In this document: in pieces, positions 1 through 9,818 of the stretch | How the letters are laid out: the number at the start of each line of letters is the position of its first letter | How positions within the stretch are numbered: position 1 is the stretch's first letter | Source: Terriglobia bacterium | Lineage (GTDB): Bacteria > Acidobacteriota > Terriglobia > JAJPHL01 > JAPKYU01 | Length of the DNA: 64,000 nt | Reading direction: 5' to 3' | Assembly: GCA_965206645.1 (NCBI GenBank) | Contig: CBDBKE010000002.1 | Coordinates: 544,001-608,000 of the forward strand | The notes under the pieces: generated by a model | The model's input: the letters and a program-made list of their open reading frames with translations, nothing else | Database searches by the model: none | Told to the model about the DNA's origin: nothing | Position numbers and translations under genes: made by a program

Positions 1-19
1 ACTCGCTAAAACTCTTCAT
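1..19 (-). CDS. Probable start (MKSFSE...) of type IV pilus protein PilO, running off the window edge
   Basis: ATG at 19 with a purine-rich upstream sequence, directly after pilN; identity inferred from pilMNO gene order only. Confidence 0.4.
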
Positions 20-74
20 ATCTCTTGCCCCCCCCTGTCTGGCCCCGCAGCCCCTAGCCCGCCGGGCCCGGTTA

Positions 75-677
75 CTACTGCATTCCCGGCGTGCCGCCTG
101 CGCTGGGCGTAGTGAGCGGCGCCAGGTCGGCGTTGAGGGAAAAAACAAAAGTGGGGAAGTCCTTGACGCGATCCTCCTGGAAGGATTCCCGGATTTCCAC
201 ACTCTTGAACTGGCCGCTGCGCTTCAGGTTCGCAATGAAGTCAGCTACGGTATTGACGCTGTCTGCCACCCCGTTCATGCTGACCCTGTTGTCTTTGCTC
301 GAGAAGCTGGTCAGCCAGAGGTGCTCGCTGAGCCCGACTGTGTTGACCACCGTGTTGAGCAGCCTCACCGGACCGGTCTTTTTATTCTCCAACTCCTGAA
401 TGATGTTGATGCGTTGTTCAAGCGTCTGTTTATGCTGCAAGTTCTGGTCATACTGCCGCTTGACCCCTTCCAGGCGCGCCTTGTTTGCCTGGGCTTCCGT
501 CATTCGCTTGTCCAACTTCGCCTTCTGGCCAGAAATCATCTGCCAGTCCACGACCAGCACACCCACCGCCGCCACCAGCACGATCACGAGCAGAACCGTC
601 AGCTTGGCCCCCTCGACGCTGACCGCCGGAGCGCGGGCCACCTCCTTCCTGCCGCCCAACAGGTTGATGCGGATCAT
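75..677 (-). CDS. pilN: Type IV pilus assembly protein PilN
   Basis: N-terminal MIRINLL PilM-binding motif, one TM helix, coiled coil; 4-bp overlap with pilM. Confidence 0.93.
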   Translation of the reverse strand: MIRINLLGGRKEVARAPAVSVEGAKLTVLLVIVLVAAVGVLVVDWQMISGQKAKLDKRMTEAQANKARLEGVKRQYDQNLQHKQTLEQRINIIQELENKKTGPVRLLNTVVNTVGLSEHLWLTSFSSKDNRVSMNGVADSVNTVADFIANLKRSGQFKSVEIRESFQEDRVKDFPTFVFSLNADLAPLTTPSAGGTPGMQ

Positions 678-1732
678 AGGTTTTCAAAACTCCTCAGGGC
701 CAGCCCCACAGCGACGGCCAGTCGCGGCGAGTTTTCTGCGATCAGATCGCCGTGCGGTCCCCCCACGTCGTACCCCAACTTGCGGAACGGGTTCAACTCC
801 TCCACCGGAATGGAAAACTCCTCCCTCAACACGTCTATCAAGCCCGGCACTCTGGCTGATCCGCCCGCCAGATGAATCTTCTGAATGTGCTCGCCAGCAG
901 CCGTGGCCCGGAAGAAATCGAATGTCTTTTGGATTTCCAGGATGATCAGCTCGGAAACGGACTGCAGCACAGGTAGCCGGGCCTCCTTGCTGACCCCTGG
1001 CACGCCCTGGCCCATCTTCACCTGCTCGGCATCCTCGAAGCTGAGGTCCAGCCCTTTTTGCAGCGAGTCGGTGTACTGATTGCCACCGATGCTCACATCG
1101 CGGGTGAATAAGGGAACGGTTCCGCGGACGATGTTGATATTCATCACGCTGGCGCCAATGTTGAGTAACGCCACGGTCTGGTTGCTCGGCGGCTCGTAGT
1201 TGTACTCAAAGGCGTTTTGCAAGGCAAAGGCGTCCACGTCCACGACCGCCGGAGTCTTGGCTGCCTGGCTCAACACGTTCGTATAATTCAGGATCTTGTC
1301 CCTCTTAGCGGCTACCAGCAGCACCTCCATGCCGCCGCCCGACGCCTCCGAGGAGAGCGTCTGCCAATCCAGGTTTACCTCAGCGATGTCGAAGGGGATG
1401 TGTTGGGAGGCCTCCGACTGGATTTGTTCCGCCACTTCCTCGTCGGCCATGGGGGGCATGGATAGGCGCTTGACGATGACCGAGTGACCGCTCACACTGG
1501 TGTCCACGTTTTTCGTCTTGATCTTATGCTCAGTGAACATCCTGACAATGGAGTTGGACACCGCGACCGTATCTACAATGGCCCCCTCTACCAGGATTTC
1601 CGGGGCCAGGGGCTCCACGGCCAGCTTGTCGACAACAAACTCCTTACCACTCTTTTTCAACTCCACCGCTTTTAGGGCACTGGACCCAATGTCCAGTCCT
1701 ACGACCTGTTTGCCTTTGCTAAGTCCGAACAT
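674..1732 (-). CDS. pilM: Type IV pilus assembly protein PilM
   Basis: Actin-like motifs VGLDIGSS, LLNIGAS, IGGNQYT, LAGGSA; C-terminal AVAVGLALR. Confidence 0.95.
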   Translation of the reverse strand: MFGLSKGKQVVGLDIGSSALKAVELKKSGKEFVVDKLAVEPLAPEILVEGAIVDTVAVSNSIVRMFTEHKIKTKNVDTSVSGHSVIVKRLSMPPMADEEVAEQIQSEASQHIPFDIAEVNLDWQTLSSEASGGGMEVLLVAAKRDKILNYTNVLSQAAKTPAVVDVDAFALQNAFEYNYEPPSNQTVALLNIGASVMNINIVRGTVPLFTRDVSIGGNQYTDSLQKGLDLSFEDAEQVKMGQGVPGVSKEARLPVLQSVSELIILEIQKTFDFFRATAAGEHIQKIHLAGGSARVPGLIDVLREEFSIPVEELNPFRKLGYDVGGPHGDLIAENSPRLAVAVGLALRSFENL

Positions 1733-1822
1733 GCCTCACTCCTACTCGCTGTCAGCCACCGCCGCAGCCGCCCTGGCCGCGTTTGCGGCCCTCGACCCGG
1801 CCCTCATGGCTCACTGCACCCG

Positions 1823-2104
1823 CTATAGCAGGCGCCGGGCAGCCGCGTAACGCTTGCTGCCGTCTCGCACGCTGGCCGCCGCCTCTGGTTTGCCCGCCAC
1901 TTCGCGGGCCATCCGCCTTCGGCCTGTCGCCAGACTCTGTTTCTCCATCCACCGGTCCAGGGTCGTCTTCTTGAATTTCCACCTGTTGCCAAGCTTAAAG
2001 CCGGGAATCTGCTCCTGGGCGACATGCCGATACAAGGTGTCGGAGGAAATTCCCAGGTATTTCGAAGCCTGGCGTACGTTCATCACTTCTGGCGGTTTAG
2101 GCAT
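1823..2104 (-). CDS. Excisionase-like (HTH_17) DNA-binding protein
   Basis: MNVRQASKYLGISSDTLYR...IPGFKLGNRWKF pattern; start moved to ATG at 2104. Confidence 0.85.
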   Translation of the reverse strand: MPKPPEVMNVRQASKYLGISSDTLYRHVAQEQIPGFKLGNRWKFKKTTLDRWMEKQSLATGRRRMAREVAGKPEAAASVRDGSKRYAAARRLL

Positions 2105-2200
2105 AGGAGCCGATCCCTTTGCTCCGGTGTCTCCCTCTAGCACTGGCCACCTCTCGGGGACACCCTCACTCCCTCCAGTAAAGGGGAGCAAACCGAAACG

Positions 2201-2231
2201 TATCGTCCCATTGACGTTGTTGCGGTGTCAA
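2201..2231 (-). promoter_or_regulatory. Putative sigma70 promoter of the HTH-pil operon overlapped by the inverted repeat TTGAC-N11-GTCAA
   Basis: Minus strand reads TTGACA-18 nt-GACGAT; palindrome arms at 2211-2215 and 2227-2231. Confidence 0.45.
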
Positions 2232-2586
2232 GAACCATTCGGCCGCAGTTGTGCGGGAATCTTTGGGTTTCTTCAAGCCTCTTCGGCGTTTCTACCTGTT
2301 TTTGCCGCACATCTGGTTGCGCTCTCTGGGGTAGGGCCCTAGATATTGGGCCTCTCTTGCCAATACCGCAAGTACCAAGGTAGTAAAAGGGCTTCCGGCA
2401 GCACCGGATGGCTTCCGCTGCACGGCAGGGGGAGCGGCCCTGCCTCTTGAGCCTGTCTCTTCAAGAAAGAAGCGCTAGAGGGGAGGAGGACGCCGGGGGA
2501 GTATCTGAGTTTCCAAGCGCACAGGCCTGAGATTTTCTGCGGAACTCGCAAGAGTCAGGATTTATCCTCTTGTTGCCTTTGCTTGG

Positions 2587-3090
2587 CTATTTCTGCCCCT
2601 GCTTGGCCATCCCTGCCCCTTGCTTGGCAAAGAAAGCTTCGCCGCGTTTCTTGATCTCCTCCGGGGAGAGGTCCTCTTTGTGAGTGGCCAGCGACCACTG
2701 GTGACCGAAGGGGTCCACCAGCGTGCCGTAGCGGTCGCCCCAAAAGGCGTCCATCAAGGGCATCCCCACGGTGACCCCGGCCGAAACAGCCTGCTCGAAG
2801 GCGGCGTCTGCATCCTCGACGTACATGTGAATCGTCACCCCGGTGCCGCCCAGCGACCGTGGGGAGAGGGTCTTCCACGCCGGGAACTCGTCGACCAGCA
2901 TGAGAATGGAATCTCGGATCTTCACCTCCGCGTGCATGACGCTTTTCCCGTCCGGCCCGTGACTGATGCTGAGCACCTCGGCGCCGAACGCCCGTTTGTA
3001 AAACTCAATAGCCTGCGAAGCGTTGCGCACCACCAGGTGGGGTGTGAGCGTGTGGAAGCCTTCGGGAATGGGTTTCACCGGTTTAGCCAT
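2587..3090 (-). CDS. VOC/glyoxalase family protein (PhnB-like)
   Basis: PIPEGFHTLTPHL, AIEFYKRAFGA, FWGDRYG...DPFGHQW. Confidence 0.9.
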   Translation of the reverse strand: MAKPVKPIPEGFHTLTPHLVVRNASQAIEFYKRAFGAEVLSISHGPDGKSVMHAEVKIRDSILMLVDEFPAWKTLSPRSLGGTGVTIHMYVEDADAAFEQAVSAGVTVGMPLMDAFWGDRYGTLVDPFGHQWSLATHKEDLSPEEIKKRGEAFFAKQGAGMAKQGQK

Positions 3091-3134
3091 TGTGCTGTCC
3101 TTTCTATTCGGAGGTTCTGGAACCAGAAGCAGCC

Positions 3135-4106
3135 TCAGTAGGCAGAGAGCTCCCGGCAGGCGCGAATCACGTCCTGCTCGTTGGGCAGGAACGCCTTTTC
3201 CAGCGGGGGGCTATAGGGCACCGGAGTGTCAGGAGCAGTGATGCGGCGGATGGGACCGTCCAAGGATTCGAAAGCCTTCTCCGAAATGATCGCCGCCAGT
3301 TCGCCGGCCAGGCCGCCGATCCTGGTATCTTCGTGCAGCAGCACAACCTTGTTGGTGCGCCGCACACTCTCCAGCACAGTCTCCTCATCCAGCGGGACCA
3401 GGGTGCGCAGGTCCAGTACCTCGATCTCAATCTCTTCCTTGGCCAGCGTCTCGGCGGCCCGCAGGGCCACGTGCACCATGGCTCCGTAGGTGATCACGGA
3501 GATGTCTCGGCCCGTGCGACGCAGTGCCGCCTTGCCGATCGGCACCAGGTACTCGGGCTCGGGCAATTCCTCCTTGATGCTGCGGTAGAGCAACTTGTGC
3601 TCGAAGAACAGTACCGGATCGTTGTCGCGAATGGCCGACTTGATCAGGCCGCGTGCGTCGTAGGGCGTTGCCGGCGCAACTACCTTCAGTCCCGGCGTGT
3701 GCACGAAGGCCATTTCCGGATTCTGCGAATGGAACGGCCCGCCGTGAATGCCGCCCCCAGAGGGCCCGCGGACCACCATGGGCACCCCGGCACCCCACCG
3801 ATAGCGGCACTTGGCGGCGAAGTTTACCAACTGGTCGTAGGCGCAGGAGATAAAGTCGGCAAACTGCATCTCAGCCACCGGGCGCAGACCCAGCAGGGCC
3901 GCCCCAACGCTGGACCCCACAATGGCCGACTCCGAGATGGGTGTGTCAATCACGCGCCGTGCCCCGAAGCGTTCCAGCAGCCCGGCGGTAATCTTGAAGG
4001 CGCCGCCGTAGGCCCCGACATCCTCGCCGAGAACAAAAACGTCCGGGTCGCGCTCCATCTCTTCCCACAGGCCCTGCCGGATGGCTTCCAGGTAGGTGGT
4101 CAGCAT
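3135..4106 (-). CDS. 2-oxoacid (pyruvate/branched-chain) dehydrogenase E1 beta subunit
   Basis: TYLEAIRQG, GEDVG, DTPISE, HSQNPE, EVLDLRTL; start moved to 4106. Confidence 0.92.
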   Translation of the reverse strand: MLTTYLEAIRQGLWEEMERDPDVFVLGEDVGAYGGAFKITAGLLERFGARRVIDTPISESAIVGSSVGAALLGLRPVAEMQFADFISCAYDQLVNFAAKCRYRWGAGVPMVVRGPSGGGIHGGPFHSQNPEMAFVHTPGLKVVAPATPYDARGLIKSAIRDNDPVLFFEHKLLYRSIKEELPEPEYLVPIGKAALRRTGRDISVITYGAMVHVALRAAETLAKEEIEIEVLDLRTLVPLDEETVLESVRRTNKVVLLHEDTRIGGLAGELAAIISEKAFESLDGPIRRITAPDTPVPYSPPLEKAFLPNEQDVIRACRELSAY

Positions 4107-4125
4107 GGTTTTGCTTTGTGCGGCT

Positions 4126-5178
4126 TTAGCCCCGGGCGGCGGAAAAGGTGCGTCGCGACGCCGGCGATTCTTGCCGCCCATCGTACACGTTGTCCAGCAC
4201 AGTAGCCGGATCGGGGAAGGGACGCTGTTCGGCCCAGCTCACCGCGTCATCCACCTCGGCGATGATGCGACGGTTCAACTCGCCCAGTCCCGCCTCCGAC
4301 AGGAAGCCCCACTCCATCATCACCGCCTCCAGGCGGGTGATGGGGTCCTTGCTCGCCCACTCCTCAAACAATGCCTTGGGGACATACTCAGCCTTGTCGT
4401 GCGCCGAGTGGCCGGTCATGCGGAAGGTCTTGCACTCGACCATAGCTGGCCCGCGGCCGGAGCGTGCGTGCTCGACGGCCTGCTGGGCAGCTTGGTAGAC
4501 CGCGATGACATCGTTGCCATCCACAATCTCCGCCGGAATCCCATACGCGGGGCCACGGTCGGCCACGTGTTTCACCGGCATCTGCAACTCCACCGGGGTC
4601 GAATAGGCGTACTGATTGTTGTTGCACAGGTAGACGACAGGAAGCTTCTGCACGGCGGCCAGGTTTAACCCTTCGTGCCAGTCGCCGCGGCTGGTGGCCC
4701 CGTCGCCGAAGTAGCAGAAGACCACGTTGGGCTTGCCTTGGTAGCGCAGAGCCAGGGCGGCGCCGCCGGCCACCGGGACGATGGACCCAATGCTGCTAAT
4801 GAAGGCGATGAGATTCAGGCCCAGGTCGCCCATGTGCATGTTGCCGTCGCGCCCTCGGGTGGGGCCGTCCACCCGCCCCATAAACTGCGCCAGCACCGTG
4901 TGCGCGCTCATGCCGCGAACCAGAAACGCCCCCAGGTCCCGGTGCGACGGGCACAGCACATCGTCCTGCTGGGAGATGAGCGCGCTGCCGACCCCAATGG
5001 CCTCCTGACCGCGCCCCCCGTAAACGCCGCCCACGATCAGTCCCTGGCGGTAGAGCTTGAACTCGATGCGGTCCTCCAGCTCGCGCTGGAGTTTCATGAA
5101 ATACAGCATCTGGTGCAGAAGCTTGGTGTCCAATCCCACTGGGCGTACCCTCCCCCCCTGTGAAATGGCGTGCTCCAA
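4126..5178 (-). CDS. 2-oxoacid dehydrogenase E1 alpha subunit (TPP-dependent)
   Basis: GQEA, FGDGA...NN TPP motif, FRMTGHS, DPI. Confidence 0.92.
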   Translation of the reverse strand: MEHAISQGGRVRPVGLDTKLLHQMLYFMKLQRELEDRIEFKLYRQGLIVGGVYGGRGQEAIGVGSALISQQDDVLCPSHRDLGAFLVRGMSAHTVLAQFMGRVDGPTRGRDGNMHMGDLGLNLIAFISSIGSIVPVAGGAALALRYQGKPNVVFCYFGDGATSRGDWHEGLNLAAVQKLPVVYLCNNNQYAYSTPVELQMPVKHVADRGPAYGIPAEIVDGNDVIAVYQAAQQAVEHARSGRGPAMVECKTFRMTGHSAHDKAEYVPKALFEEWASKDPITRLEAVMMEWGFLSEAGLGELNRRIIAEVDDAVSWAEQRPFPDPATVLDNVYDGRQESPASRRTFSAARG

Positions 5179-5345
5179 TAAGCGGTCGGCTATTCTACCA
5201 TATGCCTATTGCCCTGAAAGCCTCTTGGAAAAGGCCTGACGTCACACCGTCAAAAAAGGCTTTGCCCGTAAGTTTCTGCTAGAAAAGGATATGTTGCGTT
5301 TCCATCTCGGATCTCGTATGTGATAAACACGCTGCAGATTCCCAT

Positions 5346-6104
5346 TCACTTGCTCTTTGAACCCTCGTTTTCTTGCCGTCGTTTGTTTACTAAGAAGCGG
5401 CGGACGCGCCGAAGCAGGCCGTCGAGCATTCTGGGCGTCAGCTTGCCGGTAAACGTGTTCTGCTGGCTGGGATGATAACAGGCGAACAGGACCGGCAAGG
5501 GCGGCGGCAGCGCGTAACGGGCGCCGTGGGCGAAGCGATAGGAGGCCAGCGAGGCAACGCGCCCCGTGTCCCGAAGCAGGCGGAGGTAGCCATCAAAGGC
5601 GATCTTGCCCAGCGCCAGCACAGCCCGGATGTTGGGCAACAATTCCAGCTCCCGCGCCAGGAAGGGGCGGCAGCGGGCCTGCTCCTCGAGCGTGGGCTTG
5701 TTGCCGGGAGGAGCGCAGCGAACCGCGGCGGTGATGTAGGCATCGCGCAACTGGAGGCCGTCGCCGCAGTGCGACGAGGTGGGTTGGCTGGCAAACCCGG
5801 CGCGATACAGCGCGCCATAGAGGAAGTCGCCAGAGCGGTCGCCGGTGAACATCCGCCCGGTGCGGTTGCCCCCGTGGGCCGCAGGGGCCAGGCCCAGGAT
5901 CAGCAGCCGCGCTCCTGGGTCGCCGAAGGAGGGCAGCGGCCGGCCCCAGTAGTCCCACTCCCGGAACGCCCGGCGCTTCTCGCGCGCCACCTTTCGGCAG
6001 TGCCTCACCAGGCGCAAGCAGCGCTGGCAGACAATGATTTGCTGCTGGAGATGAAGCAGCGGGATTTCGCTGCTTGTGGTCCGCACGAGCCGCTGTGCTA
6101 CCAA
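5346..6104 (-). CDS. Uracil-DNA glycosylase (family 5/UdgB-like, Fe-S)
   Basis: CxxCxRL, GLAPAAHGGNRTGRMFTGD, RCAPP, YHPSQQNT. Confidence 0.9.
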   Translation of the reverse strand: MVAQRLVRTTSSEIPLLHLQQQIIVCQRCLRLVRHCRKVAREKRRAFREWDYWGRPLPSFGDPGARLLILGLAPAAHGGNRTGRMFTGDRSGDFLYGALYRAGFASQPTSSHCGDGLQLRDAYITAAVRCAPPGNKPTLEEQARCRPFLARELELLPNIRAVLALGKIAFDGYLRLLRDTGRVASLASYRFAHGARYALPPPLPVLFACYHPSQQNTFTGKLTPRMLDGLLRRVRRFLVNKRRQENEGSKSK

Positions 6105-6131
6105 AGCAAAGTCCCCCGGCCAAAGCCGCCG

Positions 6132-6539
6132 CTACTTTTTGAACAGATTATCGAAGGCGCTGCGCGCGTTGGCAGGCCGGCCGCCGGAGGAGGTGTCGCG
6201 CTCCACGGTCGCCCGCGCCTCATAGAACGAGCACTCATTGCGAGCGTCCTTGGGGGTGATGCGGTCCGGGATCGGCTTGCTGCACTCGAAGTGGCTGCCC
6301 GTGTCGAAGTTGACGCATTGCTTACAGCTATGCAGTTCAAAGCCGCATCGCGGGCACTGGCCGCGGGTATCCACCGCCGGGGGAAGCAGCGTGCCACACC
6401 CGGCGCAACGCATCACCGTCCTCGCGCCGGGCATGCGCAGCATGCGAGGGCCGCCCAGGTCTTGTTTCGGTGGGCGCTTCTCGGCAGCCGACTCCCGATC
6501 AGCGTCCATGTAGCCTTTTTGTCGGTATTTCCTCGCCAT
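6132..6539 (-). CDS. Conserved Cys-rich (zinc-finger-like) hypothetical protein
   Basis: CxxC..CxxC..HxCxxC..C..C pattern and C-terminal AFDNLFKK; start set at MARKYRQ. Confidence 0.75.
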   Translation of the reverse strand: MARKYRQKGYMDADRESAAEKRPPKQDLGGPRMLRMPGARTVMRCAGCGTLLPPAVDTRGQCPRCGFELHSCKQCVNFDTGSHFECSKPIPDRITPKDARNECSFYEARATVERDTSSGGRPANARSAFDNLFKK

Positions 6540-6620
6540 ACCACCGGCGTCCATCCCGGCGTCCATCATAGTCCCGGCGGCCGGAATTGGCCACACAAAC
6601 TCGGCCAAGAAGATCGCCGC

Positions 6621-6657
6621 GCCGTGAGCAAGGCCACGCTTTAGTGGCGCTCACGGT
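6621..6657. repeat. GC-rich hairpin (REP-like or terminator)
   Basis: ccgtgagc...gctcacgg arms enclosing a gccac/gtggc inner stem. Confidence 0.45.
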
Positions 6658-6735
6658 CTCCATCGTCTGCGACGCCAGTCCGAGCCGCAGTTGGCATTCC
6701 AACGCCGCCAGCAAGGACGTCCGAGGCTTCGAGAG

Positions 6736-7638
6736 TTAGTAGATGCTGCCCGGAATCGCCTCGCTGGCGCCAGTAAGCACTTGACGGGCGCCGGCCCGCA
6801 ACAATGTCACGTCGCTGCCGACCAGAAAGACGCGAAAGCCCTGCTTGACCCGTTTTTTTATCTGCGCGGGGTCACCGGAAGGATAGCCGACCGGCACTTT
6901 GTACTTCTTGCCAGCCGCCAGCACCCGGGCGACAGCCTGCTCCACCCTCGGATGCTCCACCTGCCCCCCGACGTCCAGCGAATAGGAGAGGTCGGAGGTG
7001 CCGATAAACAGTAGATCAACGCCGGGCACCGACGCGATCTCCTCGATATTTTCCACGCCTTCCTTGCTTTCAATGAGGGTGATCACCATCACGTTGTCGT
7101 TCGCCCAACCGGCATAGTCGCTGCTGGACAGGCCCCAGCGCGCCGCCGCCAGGGTCGGGCCGAATCCGCGGATGCCCTCCGGCGGATACTTGCAGGCGGC
7201 CACTGCCTGCTGGGCCTGCTGGCGCGTGGAAACGAAGGGAAAGATCACGCCTAGGCTGCCGATATCGAGCACGCGCTTCGCCAGCCAGTGCCGCTTCTCG
7301 GGCACCCGGATGAAGGGCACCGCCTTCAGACCGCGCGTGGCCAGGATCATCTCCCGGGCCGACTCCAATGTGATCGGGCTGTGCTCCATCTCGATCCAGA
7401 CAAAGTCGAAGCCGGCGTCGGCCAGCGTGGCGGCCGCATCGGCGCTGCCCATATTGACGGCAGCTCCAATGACGACCTTGCCTTCTTGGAGCGCCTTTTT
7501 CACTGAGTTGTGAAAGGGGGCTTTCGAGGTCGCTGGCGGCGCCGGATCAGACCATAAAGGATCAGCCCATAAAGGAATCAGCAGAGAAATGGCCAGAACA
7601 AAAAGGAGAGTCAGGGAAATGCGATTTACTTGTGTCAT
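6736..7638 (-). CDS. HpcH/HpaI aldolase family protein with N-terminal signal peptide
   Basis: GFDFVWIEMEH, KRVLDIG, YPPEGIRG, IES..GVENIEEI, FIGTSDL; hydrophobic N-terminus. Confidence 0.9.
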   Translation of the reverse strand: MTQVNRISLTLLFVLAISLLIPLWADPLWSDPAPPATSKAPFHNSVKKALQEGKVVIGAAVNMGSADAAATLADAGFDFVWIEMEHSPITLESAREMILATRGLKAVPFIRVPEKRHWLAKRVLDIGSLGVIFPFVSTRQQAQQAVAACKYPPEGIRGFGPTLAAARWGLSSSDYAGWANDNVMVITLIESKEGVENIEEIASVPGVDLLFIGTSDLSYSLDVGGQVEHPRVEQAVARVLAAGKKYKVPVGYPSGDPAQIKKRVKQGFRVFLVGSDVTLLRAGARQVLTGASEAIPGSIY

Positions 7639-7834
7639 GCGAGTCCTCTCGGCCCACGAGTTGGGCGGGCGCTATTATGGTTGGTCCCGGGTGGCTGAGC
7701 CAAGCTCCTCTTGCTGTGGTTATTTGCTCCATCGGGCTTTCATTTGTTACTGGCATCTTTTTGCCGGCATTTTATTGCCGGGCATTTGATTTGTTGTCGA
7801 GTCGCACTCCGATCGCTGGCATAATAAGGGAGCC

Positions 7835-8731
7835 ATGCTGGTGACGCTGGAAAACCGCCCGGCAGCAGGCGAGCGGCCGAAATGGCTGAAGGTGCGCGCG
7901 CCTGGCGGCCCCAACTACCGCGAACTGAAGGCGCTGATAGAGGGCGAGCGCCTGCACACGGTCTGCGAAAGCGCCCACTGCCCCAATATCGGAGAGTGCT
8001 GGGAGCAGCGCACGGCTACCTTCATGATCCTGGGCAACGTCTGCACGCGCCGCTGCGGCTTTTGCGCAGTGCCCAAGGGCGCGCCAATGCAAGTGGATTG
8101 GGACGAGCCGCGCCGGGTGGCCGAAGCGGTGGCCCGGCTGGGCCTGGAGCACGCCGTGGTCACCTCCGTGGATCGCGATGACCGCAAGGATGGCGGCGCC
8201 GCCCTGTTCGCCCTGACCATTGCCGAAATCCGGCGCCGGAATCCCGGCTGCAAGGTGGAGGTGCTGGTGCCCGACTTTCAGGGCTCGCTCGAGGCGTTGG
8301 GTATGGTGCTCGAAGCCCGCCCCGACGTGTTCAACCACAACATCGAGACCGTCGAACGTCTTTACCGCCCGGTACGTCCAGGCTCCCGCTACCACCGCTC
8401 CCTGGGGCTGCTCCGCGCAGCTAAGGACATGGCCCCGCAAACGCCAACCAAGTCCGGGCCAACCAAATCCGGGATAATGTTGGGATTGGGGGAGCAGTGG
8501 GAAGAAATCGTTCAGACCCTACGCGACCTGCGTGAACACCGGGTGGACATCATTACCATCGGCCAGTACCTGCGCCCCTCGACCAAGCACCTGCCCATTG
8601 TCCGCTACTACACTCCTGAAGAATTTGCCGAGCTGAAGAAGATTGCCACCGACATTGGTTTCCAGCACGTCGAGTCCGGGCCCTTTGTGCGCAGCTCCTA
8701 CCACGCTAAGCGCGCTTTGCAAGCTCCCTAG
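7835..8731 (+). CDS. lipA: Lipoyl synthase
   Basis: [12 protein letters not shown] and CTRRCGFC cluster motifs; RSSYHA. Confidence 0.97.
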   Translation: MLVTLENRPAAGERPKWLKVRAPGGPNYRELKALIEGERLHTVCESAHCPNIGECWEQRTATFMILGNVCTRRCGFCAVPKGAPMQVDWDEPRRVAEAVARLGLEHAVVTSVDRDDRKDGGAALFALTIAEIRRRNPGCKVEVLVPDFQGSLEALGMVLEARPDVFNHNIETVERLYRPVRPGSRYHRSLGLLRAAKDMAPQTPTKSGPTKSGIMLGLGEQWEEIVQTLRDLREHRVDIITIGQYLRPSTKHLPIVRYYTPEEFAELKKIATDIGFQHVESGPFVRSSYHAKRALQAP

Positions 8732-8828
8732 CTGATATTGCTCCAGGATGTAGGCGGAGGGCCCATCTGGCCTGCCCTGCATTGGGACTCAGTGGCTCGA
8801 AGCCGGAAGTGCCGGGGTGCTCGCGTTC

Positions 8829-9807
<979 letters not shown>

Positions 9808-9818
9808 GCTAAAACGCC

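Noticed and set aside
1742-1807. 21-aa ORF (MRAGSRAANAARAAAAVADSE) between the HTH gene and pilM
   Set aside because: Weak RBS and low complexity; cannot be distinguished from chance.
1823-2104. Prophage or ICE excisionase
   Set aside because: No integrase, att site or phage genes nearby; the context is the pil operon.
2245-2315. c-di-GMP-I riboswitch upstream of the pil genes (GGCAAA...GAAA)
   Set aside because: Lacks GACGCAAA and proper P2/P3 pairing, and lies upstream of the predicted promoter.
7751-7779. Sigma54 promoter (TGGCA...TTGC)
   Set aside because: Spacing is GG-N9-GC, not the required N10.
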